Part shown: positions 16,946 to 26,098 of the stretch, piece by piece
Position numbering within the stretch: position 1 is the first letter of the stretch
Layout: each line of letters starts with the position of its first letter
From: an uncultured Dehalococcoidales bacterium
GTDB lineage: Bacteria; Chloroflexota; Dehalococcoidia; GIF9; AB-539-J10
Assembly (NCBI GenBank): GCA_964450165.1
Contig: CAYVCJ010000001.1
Span: 1 to 46,575 of the forward strand
DNA: 46,575 nt
Direction: 5' to 3'
Notes under the pieces: generated by a model
Told to the model about the DNA's origin: nothing
Databases searched by the model: none
What the model saw: the letters and a program-made list of their open reading frames with translations, nothing else
Made by a program: the position numbers and the translations under genes

Positions 16946-18118
16946 TTACAACAGCACAGGAATATCACTGAAGATTTCTTCAACTTCTCTATTAGCATAC
17001 TGTAATCCCTGTCTCGCTTTCATAGCCGTGATCAAGTCAATTGCTTTGGTGAAGTAGTTTGTCACCTTTCCTAGAGCGTCAAAATCAGACAGAACTACAG
17101 AAACATCTACTGCCCTTTTTTGCCTAGGATAATCCCCACTTCGTATCAAGGCATTCGGGGCTACCGCCCTCAAATTGTCTCCAAGCTCTTTCATTACGTC
17201 CATATTCATCTCTCCAGCTGGTGCGGAGAGAAGGTAAAGAGCTCTCCTCGCACTTCTAGGGTCACATGTGAGCGACAGTTCACTTAGAGCCCTATCCATT
17301 GCATGGACTCCCTTGTTGGTTTCAGTCATCTTGTCCTTGAAGTGAGCTTTGTCCTTGAGCGGCAATTTCCTCCGCCGAATTAGCGATTTACCTACCCCAA
17401 TTGCTGTCCACCCTGCAAGAGTCTGTATTATATCTCCAGCGTCGAGCACCTTTGATCCAATATACTTTGGCTTCGTCTCCTCACCAGCACAAAGTAGATT
17501 GTAAAATGGCTCAACTATCCGGGCATTAATCCTCGCCAGGTTTTCTGAAATTGAGGAATCCTTCCTGATATACCTCTGGTTATCAACAAGAATTATGGCG
17601 TCAGCTATTAAATATACCGATTTAAGGCAAATAGCAGTATTGTAAATCGTTCTTGCTTCGGATGTTTCTTCCTGTCGAAAAGGGAGAACAATTATATTAT
17701 AAATTGGTTTTCCTACATAGCGCTCTTTTAGGAACCGCGTTAATACCCCTATTGCTCCAGAGCCAGTGCCCCCGGCAGCACCGGCAATCAATAGAAAAGC
17801 ATCAGTTTCAGGAAACCGTTCCGCTGCCCTTACAGCATCTATGATCTTGTCGCCGTCTTCCCTCGCTATTTCAGCGCCAAGTTCACTTATCTTACCTACT
17901 CCATGCCCACCAGTCTTTTGCCCTCCCACAACAATCCTGTGTTTGTAGTCAGCTTTGATGTTGGATAGTCCACTTAAATCAGCAATGTCTGTATTAATAG
18001 CGAAGATATCAGCAATTACGTCAAGTTTGCGTACAACTTGGGCTCTCTTGTTAAGCCAGGCAAACCTATCAGCAATTCTGCCACCACATTGCCCCAGACC
18101 CATAACTAGTAGCTTCAT
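16946..18118 (-). CDS. Tubulin/FtsZ-superfamily GTPase, CetZ/tubulin-like rather than canonical FtsZ
   Basis: 390 aa. GLGQCGG (res 7-13), INTD (41-44), GGHGVG (70-75), GAAGGTGSG (113-121; nt 17756-17773 encode GGTGSG), VDNQRY (178-183), LDAGDIIQTLAG (225-236), GDYP (328-331). C-terminus is EEIFSDIPVLL. Confidence 0.8.
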   Translation of the reverse strand: MKLLVMGLGQCGGRIADRFAWLNKRAQVVRKLDVIADIFAINTDIADLSGLSNIKADYKHRIVVGGQKTGGHGVGKISELGAEIAREDGDKIIDAVRAAERFPETDAFLLIAGAAGGTGSGAIGVLTRFLKERYVGKPIYNIIVLPFRQEETSEARTIYNTAICLKSVYLIADAIILVDNQRYIRKDSSISENLARINARIVEPFYNLLCAGEETKPKYIGSKVLDAGDIIQTLAGWTAIGVGKSLIRRRKLPLKDKAHFKDKMTETNKGVHAMDRALSELSLTCDPRSARRALYLLSAPAGEMNMDVMKELGDNLRAVAPNALIRSGDYPRQKRAVDVSVVLSDFDALGKVTNYFTKAIDLITAMKARQGLQYANREVEEIFSDIPVLL

Positions 18119-18125
18119 TCAAGTT

Positions 18126-18155
18126 ATTTTAGCTAAATTTGTATCATGATGTCAA
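18126..18155 (-). promoter_or_regulatory. Near-consensus promoter for the tubulin-like gene; predicted leaderless mRNA
   Basis: Minus strand: TTGACA (18155-18150), 18-nt spacer, TAAAAT (18131-18126), then 7 nt (AACTTGA, no SD) before ATG at 18118. Confidence 0.45.
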
Positions 18156-18203
18156 CATAGCTATTTCTACTTCGGTGGAGGGGAACAGTTTGGATTATCC
18201 GCG

Positions 18204-18599
18204 TTAGCGCTTAGTGTATTGTGGCGCTTTACGAGCCCGCTTAAGACCGTATTTCTTACGTTCTTTGACTCTGGCATCTCGAGTGAGCAACCCTTCCTGT
18301 CGCAACAGAGATTTAAATGACTCGTTCTGTTTGACTAGAGCTCGGGCAATGCCGTGCTGAATAGCCGTAGCCTGCCCACTCAAACCGCCGCCTCTTATCT
18401 TTATAGTAGTGTCATAGCTGCCCATGGTTTCAGTAACTCGACCAGGGGCTTCTATTAATTGACGATGTAAAAGACGAGGAAAAACCTCTTGATAAGGCTT
18501 ACCATTGACAATAATCTTTCCGTCACCAGGGAAAAGTCTGACTCTCGCTATAGCGCATTTACGCCTTCCCGTGCCCCAGACATAAGCTTGCTCATCCAT
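18204..18599 (-). CDS. rpsI: 30S ribosomal protein S9
   Basis: GTGRRKCAIARVRL motif and C-terminal ...KRARKAPQYTKR. Confidence 0.95.
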   Translation of the reverse strand: MDEQAYVWGTGRRKCAIARVRLFPGDGKIIVNGKPYQEVFPRLLHRQLIEAPGRVTETMGSYDTTIKIRGGGLSGQATAIQHGIARALVKQNESFKSLLRQEGLLTRDARVKERKKYGLKRARKAPQYTKR

Positions 18600-18605
18600 T
18601 GAATT

Positions 18606-19028
18606 TCATCTCCTTGATGTGACTTGAACATGATGTGGATGCTCATTCCCGGAATAAACTTTTAGTTTCTTAAACATAGCTTTGCCCAAGCGGTTCTTGG
18701 GTAACATTCCCTTAACAGCTATTTCTATTACCCGTGTAGGACGCTTGGAGAATAATTCCTGGAAACTAAGTTCTCTCAACCCTCCAGGATAACCAGAATG
18801 CCGATAGTAAATCTTTTGTTTACCTTTCTTACCAGTAACCTTCACCTTGGCAGCATTAAGCACTATAACATAATCACCAGTATCAAGATGAGGTGTATAA
18901 ATTGGTTTATGCTTTCCCATTAACAGTTTAGCTATCTGGGATGCTAATCTACCCAGAACCTGTCCAGTGGCATCAACGACCTGCCACTCTCGCTTAATCT
19001 CTGTGGAGCTAGGACTAGGAGTCTTCAT
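18606..19028 (-). CDS. rplM: 50S ribosomal protein L13
   Basis: [30 protein letters not shown]. Confidence 0.95.
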   Translation of the reverse strand: MKTPSPSSTEIKREWQVVDATGQVLGRLASQIAKLLMGKHKPIYTPHLDTGDYVIVLNAAKVKVTGKKGKQKIYYRHSGYPGGLRELSFQELFSKRPTRVIEIAVKGMLPKNRLGKAMFKKLKVYSGNEHPHHVQVTSRR

Positions 19029-19789
19029 TGCTGAACCCCCAGAGGTTTACAATAATTAACCTTATTCAGGAACAAACCATAAGCAGGAGCTCTGGGACCA
19101 GCCAAGCCAAAAATCCTCGCCTCCATAATATTCCTAAGATCCTCGATTCTCATTTTACCCAATCCCAGCTTAATCAGGAGTCCAATGGTATTGCGTACTT
19201 GGTGAGGCAAGAATGAATCAGCTACTATCCGAAAAACGATTAAACGCTGCTTTTTATCAACCTCTGCTTTGTAAACATTACGCACCGCGTTCTTTGGACT
19301 ATTTAAAGAGGTACCAAAGGATGTAAAGTCATGGCTGCCAACAATAAGCTGGCACGCTTGATTCATCAGGTTTGTATCCAACGTACTGGAAACATGCAAA
19401 GCAAAGCCTTCACTGAATGGAGACCGCGATTCAGTATTCAGGATATAGTAGCAATATTCCCTACTCAAAGCATCTCGCCTGACATTAAAATCATCGCTAG
19501 TTCGACAAGCCGCCTTAACCACTATATTTGTAGGAAGGTAATAATTTAACGCCTTTATCATCGCCATAGTGGATAATCCTTCTCTCGCCCAAAAGCTTAC
19601 TACTTGCCCCTTAGCATGCACACCGGCATCGGTTCTGCTGGCTGCCATAGCTCGACTGCTCCGACCACAAAACTTGTTGATAGCCTTTTCCACCTCATCT
19701 TGAATAGTGGGCAATCCAAGTTGCCATTGAAAACCATAATACTTTGTACCATCGTATTCTACAACCAGAACATATTTTGTAAGAGCCAC
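19025..19789 (-). CDS. truA: tRNA pseudouridine(38-40) synthase TruA
   Basis: [12 protein letters not shown] and SRTDAGVHA (catalytic Asp). GTG start; ATGA overlap with rplM. Confidence 0.9.
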   Translation of the reverse strand: MALTKYVLVVEYDGTKYYGFQWQLGLPTIQDEVEKAINKFCGRSSRAMAASRTDAGVHAKGQVVSFWAREGLSTMAMIKALNYYLPTNIVVKAACRTSDDFNVRRDALSREYCYYILNTESRSPFSEGFALHVSSTLDTNLMNQACQLIVGSHDFTSFGTSLNSPKNAVRNVYKAEVDKKQRLIVFRIVADSFLPHQVRNTIGLLIKLGLGKMRIEDLRNIMEARIFGLAGPRAPAYGLFLNKVNYCKPLGVQQ

Positions 19790-20142
19790 TATTCAATTAA
19801 TTGGACCTGTACCAGGCAAGCATTGTCTCCGACACGGCGTCTCAATTTAATCAACCGAGTATAGCCTCCAACCCGGCTAGAATACGTTGGAGCAACCTCA
19901 TTAAAGAGCTTTTCGACTACCTTTTTGTCCGTAACAAATGTCAACACACGACGTCTCGAAGCAAGACTACCATCTTTCCCTAAGGTAATCATTTTTTCAG
20001 CCAAACTACGGATCTCTTTGGCTTTAGCCTCCGTAGTGATAATCCTTCCATGAGTTAACAAATCGGCTACTTGATTTCGGTACAGTGCCCATCGATGACC
20101 TGTCGGTCTGCTTAACCTGCGTCCAGCTATTTTATGCCTCAT
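19789..20142 (-). CDS. rplQ: 50S ribosomal protein L17
   Basis: MRHKIAGRRLSRPTGHRWALYRNQ. Confidence 0.95.
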   Translation of the reverse strand: MRHKIAGRRLSRPTGHRWALYRNQVADLLTHGRIITTEAKAKEIRSLAEKMITLGKDGSLASRRRVLTFVTDKKVVEKLFNEVAPTYSSRVGGYTRLIKLRRRVGDNACLVQVQLIE

Positions 20143-20146
20143 CCTC

Positions 20147-21136
20147 TTATTTCCCTCTTCTTTTCCTCTTCTTTTCCTTTTCCTCTACAGCAAAGCCCAA
20201 GCTTGCTAGCAATGTATACACCTCTTTTTGAGATTTCGCTCCTAACCCAGGTAGTGGTGGTAATCCCTGCCTACTCTTAGCTATAAGTTGCCCTAGAGTC
20301 AAAATTCCAACTCTGGCCAAACTATTGCAACTGCGAGTGGACAACCCTAATTTCCCTACGGGGGCATCAACATCAACACCAGCTGTCAATTTGGCAACAG
20401 GTTCGAGTTCTCTCTCTATTACTGGAATGAGCTCTTTAAATGGGGAAATCTGGCCGATCAAGATATCAGCAGCCTCGCTGACTGCCTCGCTTGGCGACAT
20501 GGTACCATCAGTCCAAACCTCTAACATAAGTCTTTCAGGGCTTCCCTCCCTACCAGGGTTAATAGTCTCATCTGAAAAATTGACCTTGCGCACCGGTGTG
20601 AATATAGAGTCTATCGATAATGCTCCTAAAGGCAAGTTTTTGGCAGATCTCGCTGGTAAATATCCCCGACCTAATTCTACGTTAAATTCTACCCGAAGCT
20701 TGGCTTCAGGAGAATCCAATGTAGCCAGGTACAGTTCAGGATTGGCAATCTCAAAATCTGCTGACGGTTCAATATTACCAGTATAAATTTTCCCTTCCCC
20801 AGCTACATCCAGAAGTAGATTACCAGGTTGATAGGACAGAGGTCGAAATCTTATTTGCTTAACGTTTAACAGAAATTCAATGACATCTTCCTTGATATAA
20901 GGGAGTGGAGAAAACTCATGCTGAACCCCTTCAATTTTAACCCAGGTTACCGCAGCCCCAGGCAAGGAGCTAAGGAGCACACGTCGAAGAGCATTGCCTA
21001 AAGTGATGCCGTATCCTGGCTCTAGCGGCTCAGCAAGAAATTTGCCATAGTTGTTTACCGTCTCAACAGACTTAGCGCCAGGAATAGGCAACTTAACTGA
21101 ATTATCTTGAGTAGTATTCAACAACGACTTTTCCAT
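20147..21136 (-). CDS. rpoA: DNA-directed RNA polymerase alpha subunit
   Basis: EPLEPGYGITLGNALRRVLLSSLPG. A start at ATG 21136 would overlap rpsD by 35 nt, so the true start may be further downstream. Confidence 0.9.
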   Translation of the reverse strand: MEKSLLNTTQDNSVKLPIPGAKSVETVNNYGKFLAEPLEPGYGITLGNALRRVLLSSLPGAAVTWVKIEGVQHEFSPLPYIKEDVIEFLLNVKQIRFRPLSYQPGNLLLDVAGEGKIYTGNIEPSADFEIANPELYLATLDSPEAKLRVEFNVELGRGYLPARSAKNLPLGALSIDSIFTPVRKVNFSDETINPGREGSPERLMLEVWTDGTMSPSEAVSEAADILIGQISPFKELIPVIERELEPVAKLTAGVDVDAPVGKLGLSTRSCNSLARVGILTLGQLIAKSRQGLPPLPGLGAKSQKEVYTLLASLGFAVEEKEKKRKRRGK

Positions 21137-21734
21137 CGAATTTAGCATCAAGATCATCCTTAGTAGGTAATGCCAAAACTTCACCTACCACATTTTCTTC
21201 ATCTAAGCTCAGCCAACTAGGCATACTCTTTCCCTTAATCTCCTCAAGTAGTCTTTCATAATATCCGGTTTTAGTGCTTCCTTCCCGCCATTTAATGACG
21301 TCACCTACATGCACTAGATAGGAAGGTATGTCCACCTTAGTCCCATTAACAAGCATATGACCATGCCGAACTACCTGTCTAGCTTGAGGACGTGAACTGG
21401 CAAAACCTAATCGATACACTACATTATCCAACCGTCTCTCCAGCAATATTAGCAAATTTTCACTAGTAATGCCTTGAACTCTTTGCGCTTCCTCGAAGAT
21501 GTTGCGAAATTGCTGCTCAAGAATTCCATAACTAAACCGAATTTTTTGTTTTTCACGCAGTTGAAGCCCACGTTCTGTAATCCTACGACGTCGCCTGTTC
21601 AACGAATGCTCCCCTGGAGGGCTGTTCTTTCTCTCCAAAGGACACTTTGGAGTCAAACATTTTTCTCCTTTAAGCATTAACTTTTCACCAAGATAACGGC
21701 ACAAACGACATGTGGGTCCTGTATAACGCGCCAT
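21102..21734 (-). CDS. rpsD: 30S ribosomal protein S4 (Cys-containing form)
   Basis: MARYTGPTCRLCRYLGEKLMLKGEKCLTPKC. Confidence 0.95.
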   Translation of the reverse strand: MARYTGPTCRLCRYLGEKLMLKGEKCLTPKCPLERKNSPPGEHSLNRRRRRITERGLQLREKQKIRFSYGILEQQFRNIFEEAQRVQGITSENLLILLERRLDNVVYRLGFASSRPQARQVVRHGHMLVNGTKVDIPSYLVHVGDVIKWREGSTKTGYYERLLEEIKGKSMPSWLSLDEENVVGEVLALPTKDDLDAKFDGKVVVEYYSR

Positions 21735-21735
21735 T

Positions 21736-22131
21736 CTACACCTTCCTCTTTTTAGGTGGACGGCAACCATTGTGTGGAATCGGGGTTACATCTCTAATGC
21801 TGGTAACAGTAAGCCCCGAAGCTTGCAATGTGCGAATGGCGGCTTCTCGTCCACTACCAGGTCCTTTAACATAAACATCAACCTGGCGCAAACCGCTGTT
21901 TGTCGCTTGACGCGCTGCTCTCTGTGCGGCTAACTGAGCAGCGTAAGGAGTACCTTTTCTAGAACCCTTGAATCCAGCACTACCAGCGCTTCCCCAAGAA
22001 ATAACGTCGCCCTTCGAATCAGTCACAGTGACTATAGTATTATTGAAGGTAGACTGAATATAAACCCTTCCTTCATTGATTCCACGGCGTATTCTTTTTT
22101 TTCTTGCTTTGGTCTTTTTTGTCGTCGGCAT
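21736..22131 (-). CDS. rpsK: 30S ribosomal protein S11
   Basis: [18 protein letters not shown] and [14 protein letters not shown]. Confidence 0.95.
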   Translation of the reverse strand: MPTTKKTKARKKRIRRGINEGRVYIQSTFNNTIVTVTDSKGDVISWGSAGSAGFKGSRKGTPYAAQLAAQRAARQATNSGLRQVDVYVKGPGSGREAAIRTLQASGLTVTSIRDVTPIPHNGCRPPKKRKV

Positions 22132-22132
22132 A

Positions 22133-22522
22133 TTACTTCTTACCTAAACCGCGTTTTTGCCCCCTACCTGCTACCGTCTTTCGTGCACCCCTCTTAGTAC
22201 GAGCATTAGTGCGTGTCCTTTGTCCATGAACTGGCAAATTCATACGGTGTCTGATACCGCCATAGGAACCAATTTCAATTAATTGCTTTATGTTAGACTG
22301 TATTTCTCTTCGAAGTCCACCTTCTACTTTGTATTGCTTATCCACAATATCGCGAATTCGAACAACCTGCTCTTCGGTAAGATCCTTGACTTTAATACTA
22401 GGATCAATCTCAGTAGCAGCTAAGATATGCTTGCTTAATGTAGATCCAATACCATAGATATATTGTAACCCTACACTAACCGGCTTTTCTTTGGGAAGGT
22501 CCACTCCAGCAACGCGCGCCAT
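22133..22522 (-). CDS. rpsM: 30S ribosomal protein S13
   Basis: [26 protein letters not shown]. Confidence 0.95.
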   Translation of the reverse strand: MARVAGVDLPKEKPVSVGLQYIYGIGSTLSKHILAATEIDPSIKVKDLTEEQVVRIRDIVDKQYKVEGGLRREIQSNIKQLIEIGSYGGIRHRMNLPVHGQRTRTNARTKRGARKTVAGRGQKRGLGKK

Positions 22523-22528
22523 TATCTA

Positions 22529-22642
22529 TTAACCTTGCCTCTGCTTATGTCTTGGATTAACACAAACAACCCTAATTACACCCTTCCGTCGAACAATTTT
22601 GCATTTGCCGCAACGAGGCTTAACCGAAGAACTTACTTTCAT
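22529..22642 (-). CDS. rpmJ: 50S ribosomal protein L36 (zinc-binding form; below ORF-track cutoff)
   Basis: Hand translation gives [37 protein letters not shown]; TAA at 22531-22529. Confidence 0.9.
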   Translation of the reverse strand: MKVSSSVKPRCGKCKIVRRKGVIRVVCVNPRHKQRQG

Positions 22643-22669
22643 CTCAAATTGACGTCAAAACGAAAACTC

Positions 22670-22698
22670 ATTATAAGAGAACATTAGATACTTGTCAA
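22670..22698 (-). promoter_or_regulatory. Perfect-consensus sigma70 promoter inside the cluster, upstream of rpmJ-rpsM (alpha-operon promoter)
   Basis: Minus strand: TTGACA (22698-22693), exactly 17 nt, TATAAT (22675-22670), about 27 nt before the rpmJ ATG. Confidence 0.6.
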
Positions 22699-22716
22699 AA
22701 CACACAGAAACTCCAT

Positions 22717-22932
22717 TCAAAGCCGGTAAGTAACTCTGCCCCTAGTCAAATCGTAAGGGGAAAGCTCTACCAATACCCTATCCCCGGGTAGTATTTTAAT
22801 ATAATGCTTTCTCATCTTGCCTGAAATATGGGCTAACACCATATGACCGTTAGCTAGTTCAACACGAAACATGGTGTTAGGCAAACATGTGACCACCTTA
22901 CCTTCGACCTCTATTCTTTCCTTTTTAGCCAT
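22717..22932 (-). CDS. infA: Translation initiation factor IF-1
   Basis: [41 protein letters not shown]. The ORF-track start at 23004 lies inside map. Confidence 0.95.
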   Translation of the reverse strand: MAKKERIEVEGKVVTCLPNTMFRVELANGHMVLAHISGKMRKHYIKILPGDRVLVELSPYDLTRGRVTYRL

Positions 22933-23671
22933 ACTTGGTGAGTATTTCACCCCCGTTATCGGTAATAACAATGGTATGTTCAAAATGTGCCGAGAGACTT
23001 CCATCAGCAGTTAACACAGTCCACTTATTAGGTGCAAGCTCAGTACGCCAATCCCCGGCATTGACCATAGGCTCAATAGCAATAGTCATGCCTTTGCGAA
23101 GCAGGGGACCTTTCCCGAACGTAAAATTAGGTACTTGAGGTTCCTCATGTAGATTCCGACCTATTCCATGCCCGGTATACTCCCTAATTACAGAAAACCC
23201 CCTCGACTCAACGTAATTTTGTATAGCAGTTGAAATATCACCAACATGTGCACCAGATTTAGCTTGGGCAATGCCCGCTTTCAAGCTCTCTTCGGTAACC
23301 CTCATGAGTTCTTTAGCTTGCGCAGTTACTTCCCCGACACCGACGGTTATAGCTGAATCGGAATGAAAACCCTCAAAAATAACCCCTCCGTCCAAAGAAA
23401 CGATGTCTCCCTCCTTTAATACTCGCTCACCAGGAATACCATGAACTACTTCATTGTTCACCGAAATACATAAATTAGCCGGGAAGCCCTGATAATTTTT
23501 GAAGGAGGATTTAACTTTCCTATTCCTTAACTCCTCAGCTGCAATCTCATCCAAATAGCATGTTTTGATTCCTGCCCTTATCTCCTCCCTCAGCCTATGC
23601 AAAACAGCTGCCAGGATTTTACCACTTTGGCGCATAAGAGCTACTTCTTCAGGAGATTTTACGATTACCAT
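22925..23671 (-). CDS. map: Type I methionine aminopeptidase
   Basis: Metal-ligand blocks [19 protein letters not shown] and FEHT. Confidence 0.95.
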   Translation of the reverse strand: MVIVKSPEEVALMRQSGKILAAVLHRLREEIRAGIKTCYLDEIAAEELRNRKVKSSFKNYQGFPANLCISVNNEVVHGIPGERVLKEGDIVSLDGGVIFEGFHSDSAITVGVGEVTAQAKELMRVTEESLKAGIAQAKSGAHVGDISTAIQNYVESRGFSVIREYTGHGIGRNLHEEPQVPNFTFGKGPLLRKGMTIAIEPMVNAGDWRTELAPNKWTVLTADGSLSAHFEHTIVITDNGGEILTKYG

Positions 23672-24330
23672 TTGAAAATTTTTTGCTTCACTCCTAATAA
23701 TGATATTATTTCCTTCGCTACCTCTGCTATCCCTCGGTCACCATTGACTTCAATAAGCTTACTTTGATTCCTATAATAATCCACTATGGGGATAGTCTGA
23801 GCAAGGAAAACTCTCAGTCGTTCTTTTATCGTCTCTTCTTTGTCATCATCTCGCTGATATAGTTCACCACCACATTTATCACACTTCCCGGGTACTTTTG
23901 GTGGTGCGGTTAGTAAATGATATGGAGTCTGACAATTCCGGCAAAGCCATCGCCCTCCGAGCCGCTTCAAAAGTTCCTCATCGGAGACCTTAATATATAC
24001 CACCTTGTCAACATGTTTACCCGCATCGGTAAGACTCTTATCTAATGCCGCAGCTTGTGCTAACGTCCGTGGAAAACCATCAAAAAGACAGCCAGAAATG
24101 CAATCGGGCATCTCAATCCTCTGCAAAATCATCTTAATAGTTATTTCGTCAGGCACTAATTCGCCTTGCTCCATATAAGATTTAGCTAGCAGGCCCAATT
24201 CAGTTTCCTTGTTCAATGCTTCTCGAAACAAATCACCCGAGGCTACATGTGGCAAATTTAATTCACTGGATAGGATATCCGCTTGTGTCCCCTTACCAGC
24301 ACCTGGAGCTCCTAAGAGAATAATATACAT
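23665..24330 (-). CDS. adk: Adenylate kinase (Cys4 zinc lid)
   Basis: LLGAPGAGKGTQ; lid CRNCQTPYH...CDKCGGEL. Confidence 0.95.
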   Translation of the reverse strand: MYIILLGAPGAGKGTQADILSSELNLPHVASGDLFREALNKETELGLLAKSYMEQGELVPDEITIKMILQRIEMPDCISGCLFDGFPRTLAQAAALDKSLTDAGKHVDKVVYIKVSDEELLKRLGGRWLCRNCQTPYHLLTAPPKVPGKCDKCGGELYQRDDDKEETIKERLRVFLAQTIPIVDYYRNQSKLIEVNGDRGIAEVAKEIISLLGVKQKIFKW

Positions 24331-24343
24331 ACTTAACCTATCC

Positions 24344-25654
24344 TTATCTCAAAAACCCTTCATATCGCCGCATGGTTAATTGAGCTTCCACCTGTTTCAT
24401 AGTGTCCAAAGCAACACCAACAACTATAAGCAGGGCAGTGCTGGAAATTGTCAATACAGCGACGCCAGTAATTTCTTTAGCAATGAAAGGCATAATTGCT
24501 ACTGAAGCCAAGAAAATAGCACCACCGAACGTAATAAGACGGATAACATGGTCTAAATATGCTGCAGTTGCTTTCCCAGGACGAATTCCCGGAATGAAAC
24601 CTCCTTGTTCCTGCAATCTCTTAGCCAAACCTAGTTGTTCAAATATTATCATGGTGTAAAAGAAAGTGAAGCCCAGTACTAGTAGAAAATATACTCCCCA
24701 ATAAACTAACCCCAATGGAAGGGTAGCGCCGGGATTAAAAACATGCGCTATTGTGTTAGCAAAATTCGGGGATGTCGAACTGGCAAAATAGCTAGCAATC
24801 GTTGCCGGAAGTGTCACCACTGCAATAGCAAAAATGAGAGGAATCATCCCCGCTGTATTTACCCTGAGGGGAATATAAGTTGAACCTGATTGTCGATACA
24901 TGCGCCCGCTACGAAAGGTAGTGCGGGCATACTGCACAGGGATACGGCGATGAGCTTCAATGAACGCCACTATAAATACTAGAGTACCCAAACCAAGTAT
25001 AAGGAAGGTAACTAACCCCAGAGGGTTTTCCATTGATAGGAAACCTTTCCCCAGCATATCAGGTAATCCAGCTACGATACCAGCGAAAATTATCAATGAT
25101 ATCCCATTCCCAATACCCCTCTCAGTAATCAATTCACCCAACCAGACGAGAAACACAGTGCCAGCAGTCATTGATATTACTACAGTGGCAGTGGTTAGCG
25201 GGTCAAGCTGCATCACAATACCTTGTCCCCGCAGTATGGCCAGCATACCATAACCTTGCAAACCCGCCAGAGGTATTGTTAGGAGATGGGTAATACGGTT
25301 AATCTTCCGTTGTCCAGCTTCCCCTTGTTGAGATATAGCTTGAAGACTAGGAATGACCGGGACTAGTAGCTGCATAATTATCGAAGCAGTAATGTAAGGA
25401 TAAACTCCCATAGCAGCAACGCTGAATCTTCTCATAGCCCCGCCGCTAAATAGGTCGAGCATACCAAAAAGTTGGTTTTGCTCGAAAAGCTGACGCAGGG
25501 CATCAACGTCAATGCCGGGCAAGGGAACGTGAGCTACAAATCGAAAAACCACTAAAATGCCCAAGGTAAAAAGAAGCTTTCGCCTCAAGTCTGGCAACAT
25601 GAACATATCTTTCATTGCCTGGATGAGACGTGACTGAGATTCCCTACGCTGCAC
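24344..25654 (-). CDS. secY: Preprotein translocase SecY
   Basis: 436 aa, 10-TM pattern. PDLRRKLLFTLGILVVFR and GIRPG motifs. GTG start abuts the rplO stop; an ATG alternative lies at 25615. Confidence 0.9.
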   Translation of the reverse strand: MQRRESQSRLIQAMKDMFMLPDLRRKLLFTLGILVVFRFVAHVPLPGIDVDALRQLFEQNQLFGMLDLFSGGAMRRFSVAAMGVYPYITASIIMQLLVPVIPSLQAISQQGEAGQRKINRITHLLTIPLAGLQGYGMLAILRGQGIVMQLDPLTTATVVISMTAGTVFLVWLGELITERGIGNGISLIIFAGIVAGLPDMLGKGFLSMENPLGLVTFLILGLGTLVFIVAFIEAHRRIPVQYARTTFRSGRMYRQSGSTYIPLRVNTAGMIPLIFAIAVVTLPATIASYFASSTSPNFANTIAHVFNPGATLPLGLVYWGVYFLLVLGFTFFYTMIIFEQLGLAKRLQEQGGFIPGIRPGKATAAYLDHVIRLITFGGAIFLASVAIMPFIAKEITGVAVLTISSTALLIVVGVALDTMKQVEAQLTMRRYEGFLR

Positions 25655-26098
25655 CTAAATCTCCTTTACTTCACCACCAGCGGATAGTATTTTCTTTCGC
25701 GCAGTAGCAGATAGCTTGTCAGTTTTCACAAACAATGAGTGATGCACATCACCGGTACCCAAAATCTTAACAGGATGCTTTAGTGACCCAATTAAGCCTG
25801 CCTCAAAAAGCTTTTCCTTGGTGACCTCAGAGCTAGGAGGAAATATGTTCAGCTTATCTACATTCACAATGCTGTATTCCTTTTTGAAGGCATTAATAAA
25901 GCCTCTTTTTCCCGGCAATCGTTTTATAAGAGGCAATTGCCCACCCTCAAAGCCAAGACGTACCTTACCGCCGGAGCGAGACTTTTGCCCCTTACATCCC
26001 CTCCCTGAATAGGTGCCATGCCCACTGCCGTTCCCCCTCCCAACACGCTTCCTTTTATGTCTAGCACCTATTGACGGTCTTAACTCATCCTGTCTCAT
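25655..26098 (-). CDS. rplO: 50S ribosomal protein L15
   Basis: [27 protein letters not shown]. Confidence 0.95.
   Translation of the reverse strand: MRQDELRPSIGARHKRKRVGRGNGSGHGTYSGRGCKGQKSRSGGKVRLGFEGGQLPLIKRLPGKRGFINAFKKEYSIVNVDKLNIFPPSSEVTKEKLFEAGLIGSLKHPVKILGTGDVHHSLFVKTDKLSATARKKILSAGGEVKEI

Noticed and set aside
14166-18203. The idea that the repeat-protein/tubulin block is a tRNA-Ile-targeted integrated island.
   Set aside because: There is no integrase, recombinase, phage or plasmid gene. I could not find a direct repeat of the tRNA 3' end downstream, and the composition looks like the flanks by eye. A mobile origin remains untested but has no support.
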